IMG/VR virus record: IMGVR_UViG_3300006056_000027
Span: 1 to 64,000 of that record
Length of the DNA: 64,000 nucleotides
Direction: 5' to 3' (one strand)
Source: a virus
Taxonomy: Duplodnaviria > Caudoviricetes
Shown here: positions 46,790 to 58,124 of the stretch, piece by piece
Layout: every line of letters starts with the position of its first letter
Numbering within the stretch: position 1 is the stretch's first letter
Notes under the pieces: model-generated
What the model saw: only the letters and a program-made list of their open reading frames with translations
The model's database searches: none
What the model was told of the DNA's origin: nothing
Made by a program: the position numbers and the translations under genes

Positions 46790-47204
46790 ATTTGACGAAG
46801 ATGAATACAAGCAGCTTTTAAATAAACTTCTTGAAGATTATCCAACTGGATTTAGATCTCGTTATTATGTCAGCACACGACCTAGTCATCCACGTCCACA
46901 AATAATTGATGGTAGAACTGAAGGTATTGAACCTATTCCGTTTGGCTATGATGGGTTATGCCCAGAGGTATTAAATGTCTCTAACTAATAAATTAACTAT
47001 TGGTAAACTTAAAGAGCTTTTATCCGTCATTGATTCTAAGTGGGATGGAGCTATTATTAATTTGGTTTCTGAAGATAAGTTAGAGCCTGTTACATCTTTT
47101 AAGATTATTACCAATCGAGAGATGTCTCCTATCTTTCATCATGGTCAACAAATTGTTCGTGGTAAGACTGTAGCCTTTCTAGAAATTAAGAGTGAAAATT
47201 CATA

Positions 47205-48527
47205 ATGTTAAATGAAGATATCTTAGAGTCTGATATTGGTAAGTATACTAATCTTCATGCTCATAGTCGTATTGCAAGTCCATTGGATGGATTCTCTAAT
47301 ATAGATGATTATGTTAAAAGAGCTAAGGCAATGGGAATGACTAGTTGCGTGTTTACCGATCATGGACTGATGGGTGCTGCATATGAACTAGAAAAGGTGT
47401 GTAAGAAGAATGGAGTAAAGCCAATTTATGCAAATGAATTGTATTTTACTCCTAATGATCCCCTGATTAAAGAAAGGATTCCTGGCGTTAAGCCTAATTT
47501 TCATATTATTCTTATTGCGTATAATCAAGCTGGTTATCAGAATCTCTTAAAGTTATCTTCAGATGCTTGGACTAAGTATAGGTATTACAAACCTAGGGTT
47601 GGATTTGAGCAGTTAAAGGACCATGCAGAAGGTTTAATATGCCTTAGTGCTTGTCTTGGTGGATATCCACAGCAGCTTCTTTTAGAGGGCAAGGAAGAGG
47701 AATCTGAACTTGCTATCTTAAGATTTAAGAAAATATTTGGTGACAATTATTACTTAGAAAAGCAGTGGACTAATATCCCAGAACAAGATACAGTGAATGC
47801 CTTTTTCGATTTGATGTCTGATAAGCATGACATTAAGCAGGTTATCACTTGCGATTCTCATTACACATATGCTCATGAATCTGAACTGCATAGGGCTTTA
47901 GTTACCATTAATGTTAATGGTGTATTTAAAAGGCTCGCTGTTGCAAAGGAAGGCGAACTGATTGACGAGAATAAGGATACCGATGAAAGCGCTTTGTTTT
48001 ATACTCCTGGTCAGTATTACTTAAAGCCCTATCATGTTCTTAGAGAGTATTTTAATACAGACAGAGATCTTCTTGCATTTGATAATACAAATAAGATAGC
48101 TGAAATGTGTAATGTTAAGCTTCCTGTAGGATTAAAGATTTTTCCGCAACTTGTTGGCGATCCTGATAGTTTTATTATGAATCAATGTTATGAATTTATT
48201 GAGTCATATTGTAAAGATATGACTTCTGATAAAAAGCAGCTCTATCTTGACAGGCTTGAAGAAGAATCTTGGATCATTAAACGTATGGGATATTTTGACT
48301 ACTTTACGGTAGTTCAAGATGTAATTAATTATTGTAAGCGTAATAGCATTCTTACTGGCCTTGGTCGTGGGTCTGCTTCTGGTAGCCTAATATCGTTTTG
48401 TCTAGGCATAACTGGTATTGATCCGCTACTTTACAATTTGTTATTTTCAAGATTCTTAAGCTCATCTCGTGCTCCATATCCATTGATTGAGCTTGAGGAA
48501 TATCCTTTATCTGTTTGGAATAAATAA
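47205..48527 (+). CDS. dnaE: DNA polymerase III alpha, N-terminal part (PHP + start of palm)
   Basis: NLHAHS, TDHG, LSACLGG, CDSHY, GRGSASGSL, LLFSRFL. Confidence 0.9.
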   Translation: MLNEDILESDIGKYTNLHAHSRIASPLDGFSNIDDYVKRAKAMGMTSCVFTDHGLMGAAYELEKVCKKNGVKPIYANELYFTPNDPLIKERIPGVKPNFHIILIAYNQAGYQNLLKLSSDAWTKYRYYKPRVGFEQLKDHAEGLICLSACLGGYPQQLLLEGKEEESELAILRFKKIFGDNYYLEKQWTNIPEQDTVNAFFDLMSDKHDIKQVITCDSHYTYAHESELHRALVTINVNGVFKRLAVAKEGELIDENKDTDESALFYTPGQYYLKPYHVLREYFNTDRDLLAFDNTNKIAEMCNVKLPVGLKIFPQLVGDPDSFIMNQCYEFIESYCKDMTSDKKQLYLDRLEEESWIIKRMGYFDYFTVVQDVINYCKRNSILTGLGRGSASGSLISFCLGITGIDPLLYNLLFSRFLSSSRAPYPLIELEEYPLSVWNK

Positions 48528-49112
48528 ATGTCTGAAACAAAAACAATAATGAGATTGGCTACCTATGCCGATTTAGAATTTATTAAAGATTGTTATCATA
48601 ACTCTGCTACTTGTAATGAGTTTGTAGAAAGTTCTAGTGACTACTTTGATTCATTTACAACTCCTCAAGAAGAATTTGCTTACTATACAAAAATGCTTAA
48701 TGAAAGATCTTCATTGGATAAGTTGTATATAGTTAATAGGAATGGCTCCGACATATCTTTATTAGCTTCTCAGTTTAATGAGATTAGCAAAACTACTGGT
48801 GGCATTGTGTTTACTCATCCACGTGTATGTAAGATGTCTGTCATAGCTTCTTTAAAAATACTTACTATTCACAACTTCTTGTTGATCAAGAATGGTTATG
48901 CTGAATCTATCTATATGAAGGTTTGGCATCCATTAATGTCTCAAGCTGTTACCAATGTCATAAAAGATTTTAAGTCTATAAAGCTATACACAGCACATTA
49001 TGTATTGTTTTGTATGTCTTCTGAAATAAGAAATTCTTTCACTGAAGATTACATGAAGGAAGTCCAAGTGCGTAATATAGATCAGCATATGTGTTTTGAA
49101 TGTAGCCTATGA
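48528..49112 (+). CDS. GNAT-like hypothetical protein between dnaE halves
   Basis: MRLATYADLEFI N-terminus and strand/helix pattern resemble a GNAT fold. Confidence 0.45.
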   Translation: MSETKTIMRLATYADLEFIKDCYHNSATCNEFVESSSDYFDSFTTPQEEFAYYTKMLNERSSLDKLYIVNRNGSDISLLASQFNEISKTTGGIVFTHPRVCKMSVIASLKILTIHNFLLIKNGYAESIYMKVWHPLMSQAVTNVIKDFKSIKLYTAHYVLFCMSSEIRNSFTEDYMKEVQVRNIDQHMCFECSL

Positions 49113-51628
49113 ATAAACAACTCAATTTAAGAGAAGTTATTGAAAATGCCTATATTGATAGCGATGTTTATAAGAAGTATAAGGAATGGATTGATTTTGA
49201 ATTAAACCATTTAGAGCTTCATGATTTAGATGATTATGTTTATAACCTAATTGCTATTGATGCAAAGGTTAGTGTTAATCCTAATAATTCTTCTATTCTG
49301 TACTTGCTAGGCATAACTTCTGTTCCTCCTACTGCAAAGATTTCTACGATGGGTGGCACTAAGCCAGATATTGATTCTGACATTGAGCACACCAAAAGAG
49401 AGCAAGTCTTTCAATATTTGAAGGGAAAGTATGGCAATGGATTTGCCCACATAGGTACGTTTTCTGTTTCACAAGGCAGAGGATTGTTTAAAGACGTTTG
49501 TAGAATCTTTGATGTTGAATTTAATAAGAGCAATGAAATTAGCAAGCTCCTACCAGAGAATGCTCATTATATTCCTATTAAAGAAGTCCTTGTTCAGAAT
49601 CCAGAATTCAAAAAGCATTACGATGAAGATCCTTTAATCAAGGAAGTAGTCGATTATGCTATTAAGATGGAAGGATGTGTTAAGTCTTTAGGCGTTCATG
49701 CTGCTGGAGTAATCTTGGCAGACGAACCTATTACTAATTACTTACCGCTATTCTGTTCTAAGGATGCTTCGGTTACCCAGTTTGATGCTGATACAGTTGA
49801 TAAGATTGGATTTAATAAATTAGACGTTCTTGGTCTTAAGACCTTATCTGTCTTGTCAGAAACGTTTAGATTTATTAAGGAAAGACACAATGTGGTTGTT
49901 ACTATGGAAAATATTCCATTAGATGACGAAGCTTCTTATAAAGTCTTCCCTGCAAAAAACACTCTTGGTATCTTTCAAATGGAAGATGTTGCTATCACTG
50001 AATTTGGTGCTAGGTGTAATCCTAAGACCATTTACGACATTAGTAATGTAATTTCATTATGGCGACCAGGCCCAATGTCTATGCCTAATTGTCTATCTAA
50101 CTATATTAAGGCTTGTAATGGTTATGAGAAATTTGATTTTCCATTTCCAGAATACAACTATATCTTTGATAAGACGTATAACTTCTTGGTTTATCAAGAA
50201 CAGTTGTCTAGACTATCAATGGATATGTGTGGATTTACTGGGCCTAGGGCAGACGAATTAAGGAAAGTTGTTTCAAAAAAGGATCGTGTTGCTTTGGTTG
50301 CTATGCGAGAAGAGTTTATAAATGGTGCTGTCAATAAAGGACATGACAAAGATAAGGTCGCTAAATTGTTTGACGATATGGAGGAATTTTCCAGGTATGC
50401 ATTTAACCTGTCTCATGGTATTTCATATTCTTATTTAACTTATTTTACTGCGTATCTTAAGACTCACTATCCTTCTGAATTCTTTGCTTCTGCAATTAGT
50501 CTAGAAGATGATCCTTCTCAAAAGTCTAAGTATATAGACGATGCTAGAAAGAACGGTCTCAATGTTTATCCTCCTGATATTAATCAGTCTAAGAATGGAT
50601 TTACTATTGGCACTGATGGCTCTATTCTTTTTGGATTCAATGGCATCAAGGGTCTTGGCCCTGCTGTTACTAAAAAGATATTAGATTCTCGTCCTTATTC
50701 TAGCTTTGGCGACTTTCTCATTAAGTCTACAATTATTAAAGGTGTCAATAAGAAAGCTATTGAGGCTCTGATTCATTCAGGTGCTTTAGATTGCTTTGGC
50801 TATAGACGCTCATGCATGATTAGATCTTTTGAAAAGTACATATTGGATTTTTCTGAAAACGGAAAACTTAAAGAATTCCCTAAAGAACGTATACAGGAGT
50901 ATATAAAACTTCAAGATGATTACTTTAAAGATAATTCTTTTGCTGAGTTTTCTATATTTGATATTCTTGAAAAAGAAAAAGAACTCATAGGAATTTACAT
51001 TTCTGGCAATCCATTTGATCTAATCGGATCAGTCGTGTCAGAAGATTATCATTCCTTTCAGAGTATTATTGATAGACTAACCCCTGGCAACAAGATAATT
51101 GAATACTCTCTATGTGAGATAGTTAAATTTAAGAAACATAAGACTCCTAAGGGTCAGGAAATGGCATTCCTTGACTGTAAAGACTCTGAAGGCACTAACA
51201 TGTCTTTAACTATGTTTCCTAATATATATGAAAAGTATAAGGATATGCTTAGGGATGGATTGTATATATTAGCCTCTGCTGAATTTAAAAAGGATTCCCG
51301 TGGTCTAGGTGGACTCGTATATAGTTTAACTAATATTTCTGAAAAGATTTCTACGATTAATATTAAAGATATTAAGAAGAAGTCTAGAAATACGATTGAG
51401 CTTCATATTATTGGCACTCCTTCAACAGTCAAGTGTAAGACGGTTTTTAGCAAAATATCTCAGTATGCAAATACTGATAACCTGGATTGTATTATAAATC
51501 TTTACGTCGATATAGATAAAACAAAGTATCTAATAAAATCTATTCCAGTTGTTTCTGTTGATATAGATGTTATTAGGGACTTGAATAAAATTCCTGATAT
51601 CTATGTGTCTAAAGCTAATGCAAGATGA
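49109..51628 (+). CDS. dnaE: DNA polymerase III alpha, C-terminal part
   Basis: PDIDSD, HAAGV, KLDVLGL, VYQEQ, YAFNLSH, PPDIN, OB fold. Confidence 0.92.
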   Translation: MNKQLNLREVIENAYIDSDVYKKYKEWIDFELNHLELHDLDDYVYNLIAIDAKVSVNPNNSSILYLLGITSVPPTAKISTMGGTKPDIDSDIEHTKREQVFQYLKGKYGNGFAHIGTFSVSQGRGLFKDVCRIFDVEFNKSNEISKLLPENAHYIPIKEVLVQNPEFKKHYDEDPLIKEVVDYAIKMEGCVKSLGVHAAGVILADEPITNYLPLFCSKDASVTQFDADTVDKIGFNKLDVLGLKTLSVLSETFRFIKERHNVVVTMENIPLDDEASYKVFPAKNTLGIFQMEDVAITEFGARCNPKTIYDISNVISLWRPGPMSMPNCLSNYIKACNGYEKFDFPFPEYNYIFDKTYNFLVYQEQLSRLSMDMCGFTGPRADELRKVVSKKDRVALVAMREEFINGAVNKGHDKDKVAKLFDDMEEFSRYAFNLSHGISYSYLTYFTAYLKTHYPSEFFASAISLEDDPSQKSKYIDDARKNGLNVYPPDINQSKNGFTIGTDGSILFGFNGIKGLGPAVTKKILDSRPYSSFGDFLIKSTIIKGVNKKAIEALIHSGALDCFGYRRSCMIRSFEKYILDFSENGKLKEFPKERIQEYIKLQDDYFKDNSFAEFSIFDILEKEKELIGIYISGNPFDLIGSVVSEDYHSFQSIIDRLTPGNKIIEYSLCEIVKFKKHKTPKGQEMAFLDCKDSEGTNMSLTMFPNIYEKYKDMLRDGLYILASAEFKKDSRGLGGLVYSLTNISEKISTINIKDIKKKSRNTIELHIIGTPSTVKCKTVFSKISQYANTDNLDCIINLYVDIDKTKYLIKSIPVVSVDIDVIRDLNKIPDIYVSKANAR

Positions 51629-51909
51629 CAGTAATATGTCTGCGGAAGATTATGAGCTATTCAAACGCCTTAATCTTCTGTTTAAAAAATATTGTGGTGT
51701 TCCACTTACATTCTTAAAATATGAAATAGATAATCTGTCCAAGCGTGTTGAAATTATCGAAACAACATTCAAACAGACTATTCCTGTTATGGCCGCAACT
51801 ACTATTAAGGTAGAAGCTATATCTGCCAATCTTTGTGCAGACAATATAACTTCCGAAGCCAGACTTTCAGCTTTTTCGAAACAAATTTTAAATTCGTGTA
51901 ATAAAGAAG

Positions 51910-52851
51910 ATGTATCTAAACGACTTACTTAATAGTCATTTGACTTCTGGCTCTAAGCTAAAAGTTCAAAGATTTCCCGCTTTTTATCCATCGTCTGCAT
52001 CCTGTATTAGTAAGGCTGACGGTCAAACTGTAGTTGGGTCTTGTATAAGACAGCTATGGTATAGGTATAAAGGTTATCCAGAATCTAATCCTCCTACATT
52101 ATATTCACAATGGATCTTTGCATCTGGGAATATTTGGGAAGAGTATTTAATTGAAAAATTAAAAGAGATGGGATTATGGCTTGCCAATAGTGTTAGATTT
52201 AATAACCTAGAGTTATTTATGTCTGGTGAAATTGACATCCTAATTAAGGGACCAAAATATAATCCTGTTACTGGCACTGGTAAATGGATTGTAGAGAACA
52301 AAACTTACGGTGGCCAAAATTATACAATGAAGAAAGATCTTCTTGGGTCTAGAGATCAAAATCCTAAACCTAAAGATGCTAACTTACTTCAATCTTTTAT
52401 CTACTTATTAACTTTCAAAGAGCAGGCAGATACTGTAGTTCTAAATTATATTGATAGATCATGTAGTGGTCCTGAAAATAATAAAGAATTCCATATCACT
52501 ATTCATGAAGAAGGTGATGATCTTTTCCCATTGATTACTACAACTAATTTTTATGGTCAAGATTATGCATACGTAGATAGACGTATAAGTCTGAATGCAA
52601 TCAAGGAAAGATTCGCAGACCTTATTGAGTATTTAAAAAATGATGATCTTCCTTTACCAGAATTTCAGCATAAATATACCGATGAGCAAGTTGAAGAAAA
52701 ATATAGCCTTGGTTTGATTGTAAAAACTAAATATGAGGCATGGACAAAAAATCATGACAAGTTCCCTATTGGGGATTGGAATTGTAGCAATATCTATTGT
52801 AGCTTTTCTGATTTGTGTCGTGCTCAAAAAAACAAAGATGGACAACTATAA
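51910..52851 (+). CDS. Cas4-like PD-(D/E)XK exonuclease
   Basis: CIRQLWY, SGEID, VENKT, Q..IY, C-terminal C..YC.FSDLC. Confidence 0.75.
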   Translation: MYLNDLLNSHLTSGSKLKVQRFPAFYPSSASCISKADGQTVVGSCIRQLWYRYKGYPESNPPTLYSQWIFASGNIWEEYLIEKLKEMGLWLANSVRFNNLELFMSGEIDILIKGPKYNPVTGTGKWIVENKTYGGQNYTMKKDLLGSRDQNPKPKDANLLQSFIYLLTFKEQADTVVLNYIDRSCSGPENNKEFHITIHEEGDDLFPLITTTNFYGQDYAYVDRRISLNAIKERFADLIEYLKNDDLPLPEFQHKYTDEQVEEKYSLGLIVKTKYEAWTKNHDKFPIGDWNCSNIYCSFSDLCRAQKNKDGQL

Positions 52852-52857
52852 TTAGGA

Positions 52858-55407
52858 GTGTTCATGTCTTTATATAAGATAAAAAATTTAGAAGATCAGC
52901 TTTTAAAAATTAAAATGTTTCTTCCAGAGTATCTCCAAGAAAATAAATTGGATGTTACGAATGGTAGAAAGATTACATGTTTGAGTCCTGCTCATAATGA
53001 TAACTCTCCTTCTATGTCTATGTTCAAATGTAAGGACACGGGCGTTCCGCTTATCAAATGTTGGTCTTGTGGCGTTGTTTACGACGTCTTTAATGTGTGT
53101 CATCTATTAGAGCATAGGCCTATTATTGGTCCAGGCTTTATTGATGATACTGTTATGTATTTATCAAAGAAATATGGTGTCCAATTAGAACTTGGTAAGA
53201 TGTCTGAAGATGAAATATACGAGATGAATGTTCTTCATCTCTATAGTAGTATTCATAAATACATTTCTCATCAAACTCCTAACGATGTCCAGCTCCAGGA
53301 GTTGCATAAGCGTGGGTGGTTACCTGAATTTGCTAAGTCGATTGGTATAGGCGTATGTCATTCAATAGATGATATGAAGCTATATTTAAAAGATTTGGGA
53401 TTTAGTTATAAGTTTATGGAGGAAAATGATCTTGATCATGAAAGATTGTTTAATCCTAATACTTTAATTTTTACGATATTTGATGAATATGCTCGTCCAG
53501 TATCGTTTGCTGCTCGCAATCTAAATTATAACGGTGTCAAGGATGATGCTGGTAGGTTAATCAATGGCACTAAGTTTATTAATTCTAAGGTTAATTCTCG
53601 TTGTGGCCTTGGTAAGAAGAATGAACTGTTATATATGTTCCATACCGCAAGACATAAGGCTACGCCTTTGTATATCTTCGAAGGTAATGCTGATGTTGTA
53701 ACTGCGCATTCTAATGGCTTATTTAATAGTGCTGCTATTTGTGGCCTTGGTTTAAATGAAAATCATCTGAACTTATGCAGACGAAGTGGCGTTTATGATG
53801 TCGTTGTATGTTTGGATAATGATAATGCTGGAATGATGAAGGCTAAACAGATCTTAGATGACTCTCTTAAAAAGGTTCATGATATTAAGATTAGGTTTAT
53901 CTTCTTACCAGATGCTGAAATAACTATTAATGGTGAAACCAAAATCATTAAGGTTGATCCAGATGAATTCATTAGAACCAATGGAATAGAAGAATTCTTG
54001 AAGTTGCCCAAAGTAGATCCATTTGCTTGGAGACTTCAGCAGTTTGATTTTGAGCAGGATGCTGATTCTGAATCAATCTGTTTTGCTATGATATCTATCA
54101 TTGCTGCTGACCCATCTCCTATCAAAAGAGAAGGTATGGTTAAAGAGCTTAGTGATTATACTGGCATTTCTGAAAAGTCAATCAGGGAAGAAGTTGAAAA
54201 GATCGTTAATGCAGATGAACAGAAGATTGCTAAAGCCAAGAGAGCCATTGCTGATGAAGTGATGAATCAACTTGGTGATAACAATATTAATTTTGAAACT
54301 GTATTAGCTGGTGCTTTGGATAAGATTCAGAACGTTGAAAAAGAGTATCGCACTGGAACTTTAGATACTGGTACTAGAATGGCTAACTTGTTGGCTATCA
54401 AAGAATATCAGGAATCTGAAGATGTTCATGTGAAATATAATTTTGGTGATGAGTTTAGAGTATTTAATCACGCTTTTGACGGCGACATGAGAGGCAAGGT
54501 TGTTTATTTAGGCGGTTCACCTAACAGCGGTAAGACATCATTCCTTATTAATCTTGGATGGAATATAGCATTACTAAATGAAAATGCTATGGTTGTTTGT
54601 TTAACTATTGATGATAGTGACAAGGAGTTCGTACCTAGATTGATTTGCTATGATATGGCTAAAAGGACTTATACTACTAACAGGGAGCTGTTTGAATTAA
54701 TTAGCATTAACAAAGTTGGATCTCCATTCCTCTACAAGGATTGTATTGAATACGATGCGATGATGGAAGAACGAGATAGGTCTTATAAAAACCTATTCTC
54801 TATGTCTGAAAAAGATAGGTTTGTATTATTAGATTCTAAGGACGGTAAAACCCTTGAGTTTATTAATACTACTATTAAGTATTATAGTGATAAGTATCCT
54901 GGCAGACATTTATTCTTCTTCTTGGACAACTTCCATTTAATTAATTGCCCGCAATACGAAGAAGGTCGCAGCAAATATAAATATCTTTCTCATGAGATCA
55001 AAGCTACTGCTGTTAAAAATAACTGTACTATTATTTCAACTGCTGAATATCGTAAATTGAATTTTGGTATTAAACCTAATAACTCTGACTTAGCTGAATC
55101 TGGTTCATTGGAATATGATTCTAATGCAATTATGCATATGTATAATGATTTGCATATTAAGCGCGAAGAATCCAATTTGTATCATTGGCCTGATGATATG
55201 ACTGAAAAGAAACCAGTGTGCGAACTTATTACTGGTAAGAATAAAATCACTAGCTTTAAAGGTAGCGTGTGGCTGAAGTTCTTCCCTGATAAGGCATACT
55301 TCCTTGAACTAACTGAACAAGCTTGTACAGATCTGAAAAATGCCAACAATCAAGAAAGACTTGAGGCGCAGACAGAAGAAGAGGATGACTTGGAGAAGTA
55401 TGGTTGA
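52858..55407 (+). CDS. Primase-helicase (DnaG-like TOPRIM + DnaB-like)
   Basis: Zn finger C..H..CWSC, FEGNAD, CLDND, GSPNSGKT, DLAESGSLEYDS. Confidence 0.9.
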   Translation: MFMSLYKIKNLEDQLLKIKMFLPEYLQENKLDVTNGRKITCLSPAHNDNSPSMSMFKCKDTGVPLIKCWSCGVVYDVFNVCHLLEHRPIIGPGFIDDTVMYLSKKYGVQLELGKMSEDEIYEMNVLHLYSSIHKYISHQTPNDVQLQELHKRGWLPEFAKSIGIGVCHSIDDMKLYLKDLGFSYKFMEENDLDHERLFNPNTLIFTIFDEYARPVSFAARNLNYNGVKDDAGRLINGTKFINSKVNSRCGLGKKNELLYMFHTARHKATPLYIFEGNADVVTAHSNGLFNSAAICGLGLNENHLNLCRRSGVYDVVVCLDNDNAGMMKAKQILDDSLKKVHDIKIRFIFLPDAEITINGETKIIKVDPDEFIRTNGIEEFLKLPKVDPFAWRLQQFDFEQDADSESICFAMISIIAADPSPIKREGMVKELSDYTGISEKSIREEVEKIVNADEQKIAKAKRAIADEVMNQLGDNNINFETVLAGALDKIQNVEKEYRTGTLDTGTRMANLLAIKEYQESEDVHVKYNFGDEFRVFNHAFDGDMRGKVVYLGGSPNSGKTSFLINLGWNIALLNENAMVVCLTIDDSDKEFVPRLICYDMAKRTYTTNRELFELISINKVGSPFLYKDCIEYDAMMEERDRSYKNLFSMSEKDRFVLLDSKDGKTLEFINTTIKYYSDKYPGRHLFFFLDNFHLINCPQYEEGRSKYKYLSHEIKATAVKNNCTIISTAEYRKLNFGIKPNNSDLAESGSLEYDSNAIMHMYNDLHIKREESNLYHWPDDMTEKKPVCELITGKNKITSFKGSVWLKFFPDKAYFLELTEQACTDLKNANNQERLEAQTEEEDDLEKYG

Positions 55408-56224
55408 ATACAATTATAAATACGAAGAAAGAAACAAAGTAAGGATTCCAAAGCAAAAGATATTAAGTCTTACTCCTGCTTTGGATTCTATTTGTCCTAA
55501 GATATCTACTTATCCAGATTACGATATTAGGTTTAAGAATCTAATATCTAATTATGATTTTGTAAGTGTTGCTAATTATATTGATGATCCTTATAAGGCT
55601 TCTGCATTGATTATTAAAATAGTCTTAAATGATTTTCTTGATAATCCCTCAATGTCTTTAATGGCTATAGAGAATCTGTTTAATAAATATTTTTTCTCAA
55701 TATACGATTCAATGAACAAGGAGCATGTAAGTATTGCTGCCAAGTCTTTTATTAGGCTTACTCAAATACATGAAATGATTTTCCCAGTTCTTAATCAGTA
55801 TAAGCATATAGCTTCCAATATTGATTTTTATACAACCTTAGGCATAAGACCAAGAAACGCTTATCAAACTTGTATTGATGCTGTTCTGGTTAATGAAAAG
55901 ACTAATGATATTTTGTTAATTAATAAAAGCTCATCTTCTCTTATGCTTAATTCTGTTATCAATCCTAAGGTATTGGCTGCTTTAGATTATTGCAAGGAAG
56001 CATCCATTAAGATCTCTAGTATCTTTATTCTTAGCTATGATTTTGTTTCTTTAGAAAGATTGCCATTATTAAAGCAGTATAGTGTTACTGATATTGTTAA
56101 TCAGCTTTCTACATCTTATATGGCTACAGTGTTTCCCAATAGGTTAAACATATCATACTGCGGTATGTGTCCATATAATTCATCTTGCTCATCTGCAACA
56201 GAATACATTAAAGGAGTTTACTAA
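55400..56224 (+). CDS. Divergent Cas4/AddB-like protein
   Basis: N-terminal ICP and C-terminal CGMCPYNSSC Fe-S pattern. Confidence 0.45.
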   Translation: MVEYNYKYEERNKVRIPKQKILSLTPALDSICPKISTYPDYDIRFKNLISNYDFVSVANYIDDPYKASALIIKIVLNDFLDNPSMSLMAIENLFNKYFFSIYDSMNKEHVSIAAKSFIRLTQIHEMIFPVLNQYKHIASNIDFYTTLGIRPRNAYQTCIDAVLVNEKTNDILLINKSSSSLMLNSVINPKVLAALDYCKEASIKISSIFILSYDFVSLERLPLLKQYSVTDIVNQLSTSYMATVFPNRLNISYCGMCPYNSSCSSATEYIKGVY

Positions 56225-56521
56225 TGAGACTTAAGTTTCTTTACGATCCTAAAGATGGCCTACCTGTCTCTGATTCGTTTGGTCATCAAAAAATTATTGC
56301 ATCCATTATAGATGACGGAAGTATTATAGTTTGTTTTGTTGATAATCTTGCTTCTAGTTATTATATAGAACGAGTTATTAATAAGTTCCTACCTGATATG
56401 TTTCAGTCTAGTAATTTTCAAGCTATATCCGATGAAGAATGGAACACTTATAACGATTTTCTTTTAGCAAATGGAATGTTTAAGAATCATAATAAAAATA
56501 AATTGAGTGAGGATGAAATAA

Positions 56522-56986
56522 TTGCCACTTCCAGACAATAGAGGTAGCGCTCCACAAAGACTTCTTTATGATTATTGTGTTTCTATATATGGCATGGATA
56601 GTGTTATATGGGAACAGGTTATACCAGAGCTTGAACAAAGATTTGATATCTTTTTAAAGTACCTAGGTATAGCTATTGAATTTGATGGTAGACAGCATAG
56701 TCACTATGTTGAACATTTTCATAAGGATATGAACGGATATATTAATTCTAAGAACCTAGATAATAAAAAGAATGAGTGGGCTAAGTTGCATAATATAACG
56801 GTCATCAGATTCGATGATTCAAATATGCCTAAATCCGCTCAGGATCTTAGAACGATAATAATAAAATCATTGTCCGATTCACCTAATGACGAATATTCCT
56901 TTTCATCTTTTGATGTTGAGAAGTCTCAACGACTTGTTGATGCGTCCAATTATAGAAAAGATCTTTATAGAAAAAATAAGAAATGA
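56522..56986 (+). CDS. Vsr/DUF559-like endonuclease
   Basis: RFDIF...IAIEFDGRQH...DNKK. Confidence 0.75.
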   Translation: MPLPDNRGSAPQRLLYDYCVSIYGMDSVIWEQVIPELEQRFDIFLKYLGIAIEFDGRQHSHYVEHFHKDMNGYINSKNLDNKKNEWAKLHNITVIRFDDSNMPKSAQDLRTIIIKSLSDSPNDEYSFSSFDVEKSQRLVDASNYRKDLYRKNKK

Positions 56987-58098
56987 CAGATATTAGAATA
57001 TTTCCAAAACTGTACGGCACGTCTTCGTCTGGCAAGATTAAAGAGTGGCAAATTACCGTAGAGGAAGTAAATGGTGTTGGTGCTATCAATACTTATCATG
57101 GCTATGTTGGCCAAAAGATTACGCACAATATTAAGTATATCTATACTGGTAAAAATATTGGTAAGAAGAATGAAACATCTCCTTATGAACAAGCGGTCTC
57201 TGAAGCACAAAGCACTTACAATAAGAAGATTGATGAACAGTACAAATTAAATTACAATGACCCTATCTTAGTTAACGAAATTCCTTTGCCTATGCTGGCA
57301 CATGAGTTTTCAAAGCGAGGTAAGTCAATTGTATATCCCTGCTGCGTACAGCCAAAACTTAATGGCGTTCGTTGCTTAATTACTAGGCTTACTGATCGTA
57401 TGCGCGCTACTAGTCGCGGTGGTAAAGAATATAAAGCCATTTTTAAAATCCTTGAAATATTAAACAACAAGCTATGCGTACATAACATGCTTGATGGGGA
57501 ACTTTATTCCCATAATTTAACCTTTCAAGAGATTGTTTGCGCTATTAAGAATGAAACAGAGTTAGATATTAATTTAGACAAGATTGAATATTGGGTATAT
57601 GACTATCCAGTTGAAAATGTTTCGTTTGCTGCTCGTTATGAGATGCTTGTCGCATTTACAAATCTTGTTAATGATCCATTGATCAAACTTGTTCCAACTT
57701 ATATTGTAAACAATGAAGAAGAGTTGATGCAAAAACATCTTGAGTTTGTTAATGCAGGATATGAAGGCACAATGATTCGTAATACTCTTGGCTTGTATAC
57801 CTTTAAGCATCGTAGCGTTGACTTGCAAAAGTTAAAAGACTTTATGGATGATGAGTTTGAAATAATAGGTGGCGAAGAAGGCTGTGGACTTGCTGAAGGA
57901 CAATGTATATTTATTTGTCAGACTGCAAAAGAACAACCATTTAGAGTTCGCTGTATAGGGCCTAATTCTATTCGTGAAGAACAATGGAATCACTTAAAAG
58001 ATTATATCGGTAAAATGGTTACTGTTAAATATCAATGCTTAAGTGATGATGGTATTCCTATATTCCCTGTTGGCATTGGAGTTCGATATCTTGACTAA
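56983..58098 (+). CDS. ATP-dependent DNA ligase
   Basis: PMLA, QPKLNGVRC, LDGELY, GYEGTMIR, KLK, GIPIFP. Confidence 0.9.
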   Translation: MTDIRIFPKLYGTSSSGKIKEWQITVEEVNGVGAINTYHGYVGQKITHNIKYIYTGKNIGKKNETSPYEQAVSEAQSTYNKKIDEQYKLNYNDPILVNEIPLPMLAHEFSKRGKSIVYPCCVQPKLNGVRCLITRLTDRMRATSRGGKEYKAIFKILEILNNKLCVHNMLDGELYSHNLTFQEIVCAIKNETELDINLDKIEYWVYDYPVENVSFAARYEMLVAFTNLVNDPLIKLVPTYIVNNEEELMQKHLEFVNAGYEGTMIRNTLGLYTFKHRSVDLQKLKDFMDDEFEIIGGEEGCGLAEGQCIFICQTAKEQPFRVRCIGPNSIREEQWNHLKDYIGKMVTVKYQCLSDDGIPIFPVGIGVRYLD

Positions 58099-58124
58099 GT
58101 ACATTTATAATAAAATAATATTCT

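Noticed and set aside
47205-51628. Split intein in DnaE
   Set aside because: No intein N-terminal block or HN-C junction in either half.
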